A stretch of 32,000 nucleotides of DNA from Candidatus Saccharimonadota bacterium (GTDB lineage Bacteria > Patescibacteriota > Saccharimonadia > Saccharimonadales > Saccharimonadaceae): positions 300,001 to 332,000 of the forward strand of contig CP006915.1 of the NCBI GenBank assembly GCA_000503915.1, given 5' to 3'. Numbering within the stretch: the first letter of the stretch is position 1; every line of letters starts with the position of its first letter. A model generated the notes under the pieces. It was not told the DNA's origin, made no database searches, and saw only the letters and a list, made by a program, of their open reading frames with translations. Of the stretch, positions 1-7,471 are shown piece by piece. A program made the position numbers and the translations under genes.

Positions 1-272
1 TCACCAAGGGCTTGAATGCTACAGGTGCCAGTAATGGTAAGAACCTTCAGAAGAACATTAAGACAGTTGTAAATGTTATCCTCTTCTTGCTCGGTGCGAT
101 TGCAGTGATCATGATTATCCTTGGTGGCGTGCGCTACGTGCTCTCCAATGGGGAGGCATCACAGGTGACAGCGGCAAAAAATACGATTCTGTACGCGGTG
201 ATCGGCTTGATCGTTGCCCTACTCGCCTATGCGATTGTCAACTTCGTCGTCGATCAGTTTACAAAGCCTTAA
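1..272 (+). CDS. T4SS-pilin-like (TrbC/VirB2-type) small membrane protein, 5'-partial (open to left window edge)
   Basis: The frame is open back to nt 3, so the TTG at 12 used by the ORF track is probably not the true start. The C-terminal ~75 aa (NVILFLLGAIAVIMIILGGVRYV...AAKNTILYAVIGLIVALLAYAIVNFV) form two hydrophobic helices and are paralogous to the ORFs at 335-757 and 2251-2658. Confidence 0.7.
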   Translation, partial: TKGLNATGASNGKNLQKNIKTVVNVILFLLGAIAVIMIILGGVRYVLSNGEASQVTAAKNTILYAVIGLIVALLAYAIVNFVVDQFTKP

Positions 273-334
273 CAAAAGAGGTGGATTCTGCTATAACTAA
301 AGCAAGTAACATTCGAAGAAAGGAATTAAAACGA

Positions 335-757
335 ATGAAAAATATTTTGAAAAAAGCTGCACGTTCGCTGATGCTCGTACCAGCAATGGCGTTGGCACTG
401 AGCTTTGCGGCAGTACCGTTTGGCGGTTCCGCGTATGCTGCTGACCCAACTTGTGATGGTACTACTGGCCTCAACGCTACAACCGGAGCAAAATGTGCTA
501 AAGGAACTGGTACAAGTGATAATCTATTTGGTCAAGGCGGGATCTTCCGAACCATTACCAACGTACTACTCTTCCTAATTGGTGCCGTAGCGGTCATTAT
601 GCTGATCATCGGCGGTATCCGCTACACGATTTCAGGTGGTGACTCAACTGCCGTCACTGCCGCAAAAAACACGATTCTTTACTCAATCGTCGGAATCATC
701 GTGGCGCTGCTTGCTTACGCGATTGTCAACTTCGTACTCGATAGCTTTACAGTTTAA
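335..757 (+). CDS. T4SS-pilin-like (TrbC/VirB2-type) protein, paralog 2, with signal peptide
   Basis: The internal ATG at 335 is preceded by AAAGGAA about 9 nt upstream. It gives a signal-peptide-like N-terminus, MKNILKKAARSLMLVPAMALALSFAAVPFGGSAYA. The C-terminal two-helix pilin core is conserved with the other two paralogs. The 281 start in the track adds an unlikely leader. Confidence 0.75.
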   Translation: MKNILKKAARSLMLVPAMALALSFAAVPFGGSAYAADPTCDGTTGLNATTGAKCAKGTGTSDNLFGQGGIFRTITNVLLFLIGAVAVIMLIIGGIRYTISGGDSTAVTAAKNTILYSIVGIIVALLAYAIVNFVLDSFTV

Positions 758-784
758 AGCTAATCTTTTGTATAAGCACCAACG

Positions 785-812
785 AAAAACCACCGGTTTG
801 ACCGGTGGTTTT
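785..812. terminator. Bidirectional rho-independent terminator between convergent pilin and hsp20 genes
   Basis: Perfect hairpin accaccggt-ttg-accggtggt, flanked by an A-run on the left and a T-run on the right. Confidence 0.8.
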
Positions 813-831
813 GCTGAATCAGCTATAGGTT

Positions 832-1305
832 CTACTGAATCGTAATCTTCTTGGCTTGTTCTTGCTTCACCTTGTTGAAGCTAATCGTTAGAACGCCGTC
901 TTTCAAGACCGCTTCGACTTCTTCTTCCTTAACGGCGACCGGCAGGGCTACAGTACGGCTAAATTCGCCCCAGTAGCACTCCTGGATGTGCCAGTTGCTG
1001 ACCTCTGAGTCGTCACCGCTTGAGAGCGTGCCGCTGATAGTCAGGATGCCGTCTGAGATACTAACGTCGAGGTCTTCTTTGTTGACACCGGCGGTACGTG
1101 CTTTTACGATCAGCCTGTCTTCTGTCTCATAGACATCGACAGCGAGCTGACCAGGAAAGTCCTCTTCTGCTTCGTCCCAGCTCGCGTCGTCGGCTGGTTG
1201 AGCCGGCGCCTGGACATTATTGGTTTGTGAGAGATCGTCGTCATTCAAGAAGGCTGCTGCGAGCTCGTCTTCAATGAGCAAATCGTCATTTTGTTTACGG
1301 GCCAT
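832..1305 (-). CDS. hsp20: Hsp20/alpha-crystallin family small heat-shock protein
   Basis: Alpha-crystallin-domain-like sequence (LAVDVYETEDRLIVKARTAGVNKEDLDVSISDGILTISG...FSRTVALPVAV...AVLKDGVLTISF). The second ATG (1305) has a GGAGGAAATC Shine-Dalgarno directly upstream. An upstream TTGATT-17-TATACT promoter lies on the minus strand. Confidence 0.85.
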   Translation of the reverse strand: MARKQNDDLLIEDELAAAFLNDDDLSQTNNVQAPAQPADDASWDEAEEDFPGQLAVDVYETEDRLIVKARTAGVNKEDLDVSISDGILTISGTLSSGDDSEVSNWHIQECYWGEFSRTVALPVAVKEEEVEAVLKDGVLTISFNKVKQEQAKKITIQ

Positions 1306-1392
1306 GATTTCCTCCACTTCCATCTAAGGCTCTATTGACAGATTGTCCCCTTCAGTATAACGAAGCGTTAGCGTATAATCAACAGCTAGAAA

Positions 1393-2079
1393 GTGCAAAA
1401 CGTAAAAAGTACAATGTTTGACCAAGTCCTGCAAATTATCGCTCCTCACCACTGTTACGGATGCGGCAAAATCGGACAACTGCTGTGTGTGAATTGTAAA
1501 TACGACATCGCGAATGAGCAGATTTTGGTCTGCATCGTATGCCAGCGACCTAGCATACATGGCATTTGTCAAATGTGCCGCGTTCCGTATCAAAAGGCCT
1601 GGTGTGTTGGGGAGCGACGTGATGTGCTGGAGCGGTTGATTGACGCCTACAAGTTTGAACACGTAAGAGCAGCTCATATGACACTTGCCGAACTACTCAA
1701 TGCTACTCTGCCAGTTATGCCACCAGGTACCGTTGTTGTGCCTTTACCGACTATCCGCCCGCATATCCGTCAGCGAGGCTATGATCATATGCTGCTCATC
1801 GCTCGGGCTTTTGTACGAATGCGGCATCTACGTATCGATACCAGCCTGCGCCGCACAGGCATCAGTAAGCAGCTCGGTTCATCACGCCGTGAGCGCACTC
1901 AACAGGCTAAATCCGCCTATAGCGTCGCGAAGAAGCTGGACGGCTCACGTCCCTATTTACTTCTCGATGATGTCTTTACGACCGGCGCATCACTTCACTA
2001 TGCGGCCGAAGCCCTGCGAGTGGCCGGCGCGCACCAAGTCTGGGTGTCCGTCATCGCCCGCCAGCCCCTCGACAAGTAG
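1393..2079 (+). CDS. comF: ComF-family phosphoribosyltransferase-like competence protein
   Basis: N-terminal Cys-rich zinc-finger pattern (HHCYGCG...CVNCKY...CIVCQ...CQMC) and a C-terminal PRTase motif LLLDDVFTTGASL. The track start is a GTG at 1393; an ATG at 1414 is an alternative start. Confidence 0.8.
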   Translation: MQNVKSTMFDQVLQIIAPHHCYGCGKIGQLLCVNCKYDIANEQILVCIVCQRPSIHGICQMCRVPYQKAWCVGERRDVLERLIDAYKFEHVRAAHMTLAELLNATLPVMPPGTVVVPLPTIRPHIRQRGYDHMLLIARAFVRMRHLRIDTSLRRTGISKQLGSSRRERTQQAKSAYSVAKKLDGSRPYLLLDDVFTTGASLHYAAEALRVAGAHQVWVSVIARQPLDK

Positions 2080-2114
2080 CCGCTACATCTGTTAAAATAC
2101 AGCGAGTCACTTAG

Positions 2115-2204
<90 letters not shown>

Positions 2205-2208
2205 AATT

Positions 2209-2235
2209 AAAACCCGACCATGTGGTCGGGTTTTT
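2209..2235. terminator. Bidirectional terminator after tRNA-Ser(TGA) / pilin paralog 3
   Basis: Hairpin cccgacc-atgt-ggtcggg with a flanking A-run and a T5 run. Confidence 0.8.
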
Positions 2236-2250
2236 ATTTACCGTGAAAAA

Positions 2251-2658
2251 CTAAACGCTCGTGCCGCTACCGGCGCCACCCGTGAAGCTATCGAGTACGA
2301 AATTGACGATCGCGTAGGCCAAGAGGGCGATAATCACGCCGACGATTGCGTAGAGGATGGTGTTTTTGGCTGCAGTCACCGCTGTTGAGCTACCGCCAGA
2401 GATGACGTAGCGCAGGCCGCCGATGATGATCATGATAACCGATACGGCGCCGAGTACGAAGAGAAGGACGTTAGTAATCGTCCGGAAAATACCGGTTTGA
2501 CCAAAGAGATCAGTAGTTTGACTATTGCCGCGTGCCGCTTCTGCGCCGCCCTGAATAGTACCGTCAAATGCACCTACCATCGGTGCTGCGTAGATGGCGA
2601 GCACCAACGCTGCCGTGAGAAATGAAGGTAAAACTGTCCGAATCATTGTTTTGGTCAT
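2251..2658 (-). CDS. T4SS-pilin-like (TrbC/VirB2-type) protein, paralog 3, with signal peptide
   Basis: The internal ATG at 2658 has AAAGGAAAA upstream. N-terminus MTKTMIRTVLPSFLTAALVLAIYAAPMVGA. The conserved core reads LFGQTGIFRTITNVLLFVLGAVSVIMIIIGGLRYV...AAKNTILYAIVGVIIALLAYAIVNFVLDSF. Confidence 0.75.
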   Translation of the reverse strand: MTKTMIRTVLPSFLTAALVLAIYAAPMVGAFDGTIQGGAEAARGNSQTTDLFGQTGIFRTITNVLLFVLGAVSVIMIIIGGLRYVISGGSSTAVTAAKNTILYAIVGVIIALLAYAIVNFVLDSFTGGAGSGTSV

Positions 2659-2732
2659 GTATTTTCCTTTGTTTAATTCTATTTCCACTATAACAAAATG
2701 CTTCAAATAGTCTACTCGTCGCCCCTGTTTCG

Positions 2733-2741
2733 TGGTACAAT
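2733..2741 (+). promoter_or_regulatory. Extended -10 promoter (TGgTACAAT) heading the repeat array upstream of tRNA-Ser(GCT)
   Basis: TGgTACAAT read directly. The same nonamer precedes the tRNA-Ser(GGA) locus at 26040-26048. Confidence 0.5.
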
Positions 2742-2751
2742 TGTCCAAGTT

Positions 2752-3029
2752 GAGGGAGTGCCCCCAAGTGGCTGCTGCGTGAAACGCAAATTATGGACGG
2801 AAACCGTCCCCTTCAGTCCTTACGGAGTAGAAAGGTTTGAGGATTACGCAGGAGCTACGTGGTGTACGAAGCTTTACAATACGTGGAACGCCCAAGTGGC
2901 TGCTGCGTGAAACGCAAATTATGGACGGAAACCGTCCCTTTCAGCCTCGCTGTAAAGAAAATTTGGGTATCAGGCAGGAGTTACGTGGAATGCGTATCTC
3001 TAAAATATGGAGGAGTACCCAAGTGGCTG
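2752..3029 (+). repeat. Tandem ~127-128-nt repeat (2 full units plus the start of the tRNA), each unit carrying a tRNA-Ser(GCT) D-arm fragment
   Basis: The 48-nt block cccaagtggctgctgcgtgaaacgcaaattatggacggaaaccgtccc at 2763-2810 is repeated identically at 2891-2938. Its first 12 nt (cccaagtggctg) equal tRNA positions 3018-3029. A second conserved block, gcaggag(c/t)tacgtgg, lies at 2848-2862 and 2974-2988. Each unit is preceded by a -10-like box: TACAAT at 2736-2741, TACAAT at 2875-2880 and TAAAAT at 3001-3006. Confidence 0.85.
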
Positions 3030-3101
3030 AAGGGGACGGTTTGCTAAATCGTTAGTGTGGGGAGACCTGCAGCGGGAGTTCGAATCTCCCCTCCTCCGCC
3101 A
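3009..3101 (+). tRNA. tRNA-Ser(GCT), class II, CCA encoded
   Basis: Acceptor ggaggag/ctcctcc, anticodon stem acggt/atcgt with loop uuGCUaa, long variable arm, T-arm gggag-ttcgaat-ctccc, then gcca. Confidence 0.9.
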
Positions 3102-3109
3102 GGAGAGGA

Positions 3110-3138
3110 AGACCATATCTGAAGGATATGGTCTTTTT
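3110..3138 (+). terminator. Rho-independent terminator right after tRNA-Ser(GCT)
   Basis: 10-bp hairpin agaccatatc-tgaag-gatatggtct followed by tttt. Confidence 0.75.
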
Positions 3139-3169
3139 CTTCTGATGAAGAAAGGAAATTCGAACGGTC

Positions 3170-3225
3170 GAGTTCGGGCGAAGCGTTCGAGGCTATTGCC
3201 GAGAACCATCTCCCCTCCTCCGCCA
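3170..3225 (+). repeat. Interrupted partial copy of the tRNA-Ser(GCT) 3' end
   Basis: gagttcg (3170-3176) equals tRNA 3076-3082. After a 31-nt unrelated insert, atctcccctcctccgcca (3208-3225) is 18/18 identical to tRNA 3084-3101. Confidence 0.85.
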
Positions 3226-3380
3226 GAATGAAAAACGCTCGACCAAATGGCCGGGCTTTTTTCATACGCCGCAGGCGGCGGAATTCAAACTCCGCGCTGA
3301 TTTTGTTCGCCGTAGCTCACAAAACGCGGGAGTGGTGCTCGCGTTGCTCGCACCTCCGTTCGACTAAAGCCTCACTCCGA

Positions 3381-3394
3381 CGAATCTCCCCCAG
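3381..3394 (+). repeat. Second, shorter tRNA-Ser(GCT) T-loop/3' fragment
   Basis: cgaatctcccc (3381-3391) equals tRNA 3081-3091 and is followed by cca. The region 3278-3295 also holds a T-arm-like hairpin, gcgga-attcaaac-tccgc, and 3314-3324 holds a D-arm-like gccgtagctca. Confidence 0.5.
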
Positions 3395-3410
3395 TGGTAT
3401 AATTGAGTCA

Positions 3411-3767
3411 ATGAAACTCTATCTTAGTCACGCAAGCAATTTTGATTACCAAACGGAGCTTTATAAGCCGCTAAAAGCAGCTTTTATGGGTAAGTACGAA
3501 ATATACTTCCCGCACGATGTTGAAAACAACGGTCAAAATTCGAAAGATATCATCGCCACATGTGATTTAGTCATCGCCGAGGTGTCTCGGCCATCAACCG
3601 GACAGGGAATCGAGTTGGGCTGGGCGAATGCCGCGGGCGTGCCTATAATTTGTTTCCATCAAGAAAACATGAAGCCATCGGGTGCGGTAAAGTACGTCGC
3701 CAAGGCAATGTTTTCGTACACTACGACCGATAGTCTGGTTAACGAGCTACCTAAGTATCTGGAGTAA
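3411..3767 (+). CDS. Nucleoside 2-deoxyribosyltransferase-like superfamily protein (118 aa)
   Basis: The motif DLVIAEVSRPSTGQGIELGWANAAGVPIICF matches the family signature (acidic residue, small residues, then the E-[IL]-G-x-A catalytic Glu region). TGgTATAAT at 3395-3403 ends 7 nt before the ATG at 3411. The upstream part of the track ORF (3228-3410) crosses tRNA fragments and is unlikely to be coding. Confidence 0.55.
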   Translation: MKLYLSHASNFDYQTELYKPLKAAFMGKYEIYFPHDVENNGQNSKDIIATCDLVIAEVSRPSTGQGIELGWANAAGVPIICFHQENMKPSGAVKYVAKAMFSYTTTDSLVNELPKYLE

Positions 3768-3880
3768 CGAGTCTCCTTTCCTAACATTGCTCATGTTATA
3801 TCTATGATATAGCACTTCGACGGTTTGATTTTTTAGGCTAGCTTTCAAAACGCTCACGCTCCTCATGCTATACTAATCCT

Positions 3881-4408
3881 ATGCAACCAGTGTCGTCAGA
3901 TCAGTCAGCGGCTACACCACAAGCACCCGTATCGCCTTCTCGGGCAGATGACGGGGCGGTTCAGTGGCAAGCACCTGAGTATTTGCAGCGTGCTCGCACG
4001 CCGCTTTGGTACGTTAGCTTTTGGGCGGCGGTAATAGTTCTGATGGGCATCGCTGCTTTTCTGATAAAATCGTGGTCGTTCGTCATCCTGGTACCGGTCA
4101 TGGCCGCCGCACTGGTAATCTACTCACACCGGCCGCCTCGTCAGCTGAATTACGTCTTGAGCGCTAAAGGACTATATATCAACGACCAGCTCCACCCCCT
4201 GAGTGAATTCCGCAGTTTTGGCGTCATGCAGGAGGAGAGCTGGCCTGCACTGGTATTTATACCGGTCAAACGGTTCCGCCCTGGGCTTACCGTCTATTTC
4301 CCGTCGGAAAATGGTGAGGCTATCGTCGATATTCTCGGTGCGCGTATCCCGATGGAGGAGCTTCACCTCGATGCCTTCGACAAAATTGTTCGCAAGCTTC
4401 GTATGTAG
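3881..4408 (+). CDS. Hypothetical membrane protein (two TM helices, then a soluble C-terminal domain)
   Basis: 175-aa ORF with hydrophobic segments WYVSFWAAVIVLMGIAAFLI and SFVILVPVMAAALVIY. TGcTATACT (3866-3874) ends 6 nt before the ATG. Confidence 0.6.
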   Translation: MQPVSSDQSAATPQAPVSPSRADDGAVQWQAPEYLQRARTPLWYVSFWAAVIVLMGIAAFLIKSWSFVILVPVMAAALVIYSHRPPRQLNYVLSAKGLYINDQLHPLSEFRSFGVMQEESWPALVFIPVKRFRPGLTVYFPSENGEAIVDILGARIPMEELHLDAFDKIVRKLRM

Positions 4409-4520
4409 CTTGCTCGAATTACCCCTGTTATGCTACAATAGCTTTCGTCTGTCGCGTGTTGCGCGGAAGCACCTTATAGTTACAAAACGACGGCACAGAA
4501 TTTATTCCGTGCCCGAGTGA

Positions 4521-4597
4521 GCACCCGTAGCTCAGCTGGATAGAGCGTTGGCTTGCGGAGCCAAAGGTCATAGGTTCGAATCCTGTCGGGTGTACCA
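4521..4597 (+). tRNA. tRNA-Arg(GCG), CCA encoded
   Basis: Acceptor gcacccg/cgggtgt (G1-U72 wobble), D-arm gctc-agctggata-gagc, anticodon stem ttggc/gccaa with loop uuGCGga, T-arm atagg-ttcgaat-cctgt, then acca. A TGcTACAAT box lies at 4430-4438. Confidence 0.85.
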
Positions 4598-4599
4598 AG

Positions 4600-4631
4600 A
4601 AAAATAACTCATCTTTCGGTGAGTTATTTTT
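4600..4631. terminator. Bidirectional terminator
   Basis: 12-bp hairpin aaaaataactca-tctttcgg-tgagttattttt. The A and T tracts are part of the stem. Confidence 0.8.
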
Positions 4632-4651
4632 CTTGTCGGTTTATTTTTAAG

Positions 4652-4978
4652 CTAAATGCTCTGTTGTGTGGCTGACGATGACTCGTAGTGGTCATACATC
4701 GGCATTGGGTGTATATAGTCGTAGGAGTTGCTCGTCGTGGAAATGAGGATGACAAAGAGGACGAACAGAATCAGCAGTAATGCTAGGATAACGGACAGGC
4801 TACCGAGAATAATGCCGGCGATGCCGAGACCGCGATTGGTCGGGTTTTTTAGCGAAAGAGTGCCTAAAATGATGGCGGGAATGCCGGTCAGCGGACCGGG
4901 ACCGGCAAATGAGACGATACCGAGCACCAGGGCGGCAATTGCCAAGTTGTTTTCCTTCTTTGTCTCGACTTGTTTCAT
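4652..4978 (-). CDS. DUF4190-like small membrane protein
   Basis: Gly-rich TM repeats LAIAALVLGIVSFAGPGPLTGIPAIILGTLSL and GLGIAGIILGSLSVILALLLILFVLFVIL. The ATG at 4978 (MKQVETKK) has TATACT ending 6 nt upstream. The 5002 start is an alternative. Confidence 0.65.
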   Translation of the reverse strand: MKQVETKKENNLAIAALVLGIVSFAGPGPLTGIPAIILGTLSLKNPTNRGLGIAGIILGSLSVILALLLILFVLFVILISTTSNSYDYIHPMPMYDHYESSSATQQSI

Positions 4979-5028
4979 ATCACCAGTATACGCCATTCTC
5001 ATGGTAAAATACTAGAGATCAACTACCC

Positions 5029-5150
<122 letters not shown>

Positions 5151-5191
5151 TTGTGTTGGGGTTTGAACCCTCGATTTTGCGAAAGCAAAAT

Positions 5192-5303
5192 ACCGAGGGT
5201 TCGGCAAAAGGAGTGAAACGAAAAAGTGGTTCCATTTTTTCGTAAGCGACTGGAGGAGCGAACAAAGTGAGCGATATCCCTCCCTCTCCCCCAGGCTAGC
5301 CAG
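5192..5303 (+). repeat. Interrupted partial copy of the tRNA-Ser(CGA) 3' part
   Basis: accgagggttcg (5192-5203) equals tRNA 5086-5097. After an 82-nt insert, atccctccctctcc (5286-5299) equals tRNA 5099-5112, followed by c (g in the tRNA) and cca. A perfect hairpin, gaaccctcg...cgagggttc, spans 5165-5201 and contains a D-loop-like ggtttgaac. Confidence 0.85.
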
Positions 5304-5330
5304 ATACTTAGTGTTAAAATAAGTTCAACC

Positions 5331-6059
5331 ATGGCCGAACTATCTGTTGCAAGCTGGAATATACTTCTCGACGGAAACTATCCGCAGGAAGAACGAATCG
5401 ATGACATTATCGGGACGCTTAAAGAGGTACACCGGATCCATGCCTTGGGCGCTCTCGGTATCATGGAAGTGCAGGAAACACTTCTTGGCCACAGCGGGCA
5501 AATGATTGCACAAGCCTTGTTTGGCAATGACGGCGCCTGGCAGCTCCACTCACGTAAAAAACGTAAAGAACATATTGGCCTCGCAGGACCAGAGATTGAA
5601 GAGGTCGAGTTCGTCGAACTTGGACATAGCAAATATGCTGCCCTCACCCAGGCAGAAGGTGTTACCGTTGCCACCGTTCACTTACGAAAAAAGCGCGGTC
5701 AAGAACAGGTGGAGCAGATGGACGCGCTGCTGGAACGGCTCGAAGAAGAATCACAAGTGGTGTTGATGGGTGACTTTAATGGTATAAAGCTACAACGGCC
5801 GCGTCAAAAGATCTGGCGGCAGAACTATCGATCAGTGTTTACAGAGCTAAGTATGAAGCGTCAATACACTGTCCCAACGCCAGAATTTAAAGGCATGCTG
5901 ACGCGTCCTGAGCGAGTAGGTGCTTTTGTTTTGGGAGGTGGAGTAAACGTCGATGACATCTATGTACGAGGTGTTGACGTTATCGGTGCGGGCTATTTTA
6001 AAGGTCGGTCAGACCATCTGGGCGTGTGGGCGGATTTAGAGACTAAAGCAGCTGTCTAA
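5331..6059 (+). CDS. Endonuclease/exonuclease/phosphatase (EEP) family protein
   Basis: EEP hallmarks read by eye: N-terminal SWNIL, GIMEVQE, VLMGDFN, and C-terminal GRSDHLGVWADL. Confidence 0.75.
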   Translation: MAELSVASWNILLDGNYPQEERIDDIIGTLKEVHRIHALGALGIMEVQETLLGHSGQMIAQALFGNDGAWQLHSRKKRKEHIGLAGPEIEEVEFVELGHSKYAALTQAEGVTVATVHLRKKRGQEQVEQMDALLERLEEESQVVLMGDFNGIKLQRPRQKIWRQNYRSVFTELSMKRQYTVPTPEFKGMLTRPERVGAFVLGGGVNVDDIYVRGVDVIGAGYFKGRSDHLGVWADLETKAAV

Positions 6060-6118
6060 ACATGACTGAACCCCCGGCGAGCGGGGGCTCAAGCCAGGGG
6101 TTGTAGGAAAAAGGACTC

Positions 6119-6874
6119 TCACCTGCGCCACACCTCTTCGGGGGCGAAGGTGAGCAGAACCGGACGGATATCTTTGACGTAAACGCCCAGCTTTTCCGTT
6201 AGTTCATCCAGGGAACTCGCGAGCGCCTCCGGGACGCTTCCCAGTTCGGGGTCGATCGTGATGACCGGTAGACCATCAGAATCTTCCTCGAATTCTCCAA
6301 GGCACTGGTGTACCGTGGTGAGAAGTTGGTTAGCGACGAAGTTTTCAAGCGCGTTGTCACCTTCTCGGGCTCGGTTCACCTGGTAGATCTGCGTCAGTGA
6401 CCGGTAGATTGCCTCGTCTGTATCGAGGACATACCACCGGATAATGAGCAGATACCAGATGTGCTTGCCGTGGAACGTGGCACGAATCGGCTCGTTGAAG
6501 TTTGGTTCTTCGGGCGAGTTGCGGATTCTGACACTTTGCACCACTACGTCGTACATGTGCTTGACGTAGAAATGCTTCCTGCCAGGCATCAGCAACTTAC
6601 GCTTGCCGGTCTTGCGCTTGGAGGTAATCTTACCCCAGCGCCTGCGGTAGCCGCGCTCTCCCTCTTCCAGATTCTCGTTGGCGAATACGCCGTTGCGAAT
6701 CAGGAAGAAGACAACGATGCCACCACCGACAATCACAGAGCTCCACTTGATCGCGGAGATCGTGCTGAAGTCGCCTGTCATCACCTCACTTGCAAAGTCG
6801 GAGCCTATAGAGAGGCTACCAACGAGCACCAGAGAGACGGCAGCGAGCGGCACTACTCGATTTCTCATGTTCAC
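6119..6874 (-). CDS. Hypothetical membrane-anchored protein (two N-terminal TM helices, basic linker, soluble domain)
   Basis: 251-aa ORF. GTG start with AAGGAGGTG 7 nt upstream. No family recognised by eye. Confidence 0.6.
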   Translation of the reverse strand: MNMRNRVVPLAAVSLVLVGSLSIGSDFASEVMTGDFSTISAIKWSSVIVGGGIVVFFLIRNGVFANENLEEGERGYRRRWGKITSKRKTGKRKLLMPGRKHFYVKHMYDVVVQSVRIRNSPEEPNFNEPIRATFHGKHIWYLLIIRWYVLDTDEAIYRSLTQIYQVNRAREGDNALENFVANQLLTTVHQCLGEFEEDSDGLPVITIDPELGSVPEALASSLDELTEKLGVYVKDIRPVLLTFAPEEVWRR

Positions 6875-6999
6875 TGTGGTACACCTCCTTCAAAAGAATC
6901 GGCCACAGTTGCCTCCACCTTACCATGCCTTGACTATTTGCGCCAAGTGGTGTGCCGTTGTAGTTTTTATTTATTAAAAGAGAAGCTATACTGGATAAT

Positions 7000-7395
7000 A
7001 TGAAGCCCAGTATCTTCACCAAAATCATCAACGGCGAGGTTCCCTGCCATAAGGTGTACGAGGACGATACCACCTTTGCCTTTCTCGATATCAACCCCGC
7101 GACAAAAGGGCATACTTTAGTGGTGCCAAAACGTCAGGTAGAGTTCGTCTGGGATCTATCGGATGACGAGTATCAGGCATTGATGACAACGGTGAAGAAG
7201 ATCGCTCTCCATCTGCGCGAGCAGCTCGATGTTCCCTACGTTGGCGAAGTGGTGGTTGGTGTCGATGTACCGCATGCGCACGTCCATCTCATCCCCTTTT
7301 CAAAAAGTTATCAGTTAAAACACGTGTTTGAACCCACAGGTAGTGAGCCCAATCACGACGCCCTGGCCAAAGTGGCTGAACTCATTCAACTTTAG
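7000..7395 (+). CDS. HIT (histidine triad) family nucleotide hydrolase
   Basis: CIF-like N-terminus (IFTKIINGEVPCHKVYEDD) and the histidine triad HAHVHLIP. TATACT (6987-6992) ends 7 nt before the ATG. Confidence 0.85.
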   Translation: MKPSIFTKIINGEVPCHKVYEDDTTFAFLDINPATKGHTLVVPKRQVEFVWDLSDDEYQALMTTVKKIALHLREQLDVPYVGEVVVGVDVPHAHVHLIPFSKSYQLKHVFEPTGSEPNHDALAKVAELIQL

Positions 7396-7471
7396 AAGCT
7401 ACAGACTATACTTGACATAAGATAAAACTTATGCTAATCTAGAACAGTAGAAACAACCTAAAACAAACATT

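Noticed and set aside
1324-1677. 117-aa minus-strand ORF between hsp20 and comF.
   Set aside because: It overlaps the comF 5' region and the divergent promoter region. hsp20 already has a well-supported start at 1305, and no RBS is present.
2752-3029. Possible CRISPR array, because of regularly spaced repeats.
   Set aside because: There are only two full units plus a partial one. The conserved block (48-56 nt) is longer than typical CRISPR repeats and is tRNA-derived. The 'spacers' share a second conserved block, and no cas genes are in the window.
2698-3055. Overlapping + strand ORFs encoding the repeated peptide PSGCCVKRKLWTETVPFS (considered as possible tandem small or RiPP-like peptides).
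   Set aside because: The peptide repetition simply mirrors the DNA tandem repeat. There are no ribosome-binding sites. The ORFs cross -10 boxes and run into the tRNA gene, so an RNA-level or recombinational origin is more parsimonious.
3000-3265. Minus-strand ORFs (69 and 73 aa) over tRNA-Ser(GCT) and its trailer. Similar ORFs at 5012-5332 lie over tRNA-Ser(CGA).
   Set aside because: They overlap tRNA genes and terminator hairpins, have no start signals, and encode low-complexity or odd-composition peptides.
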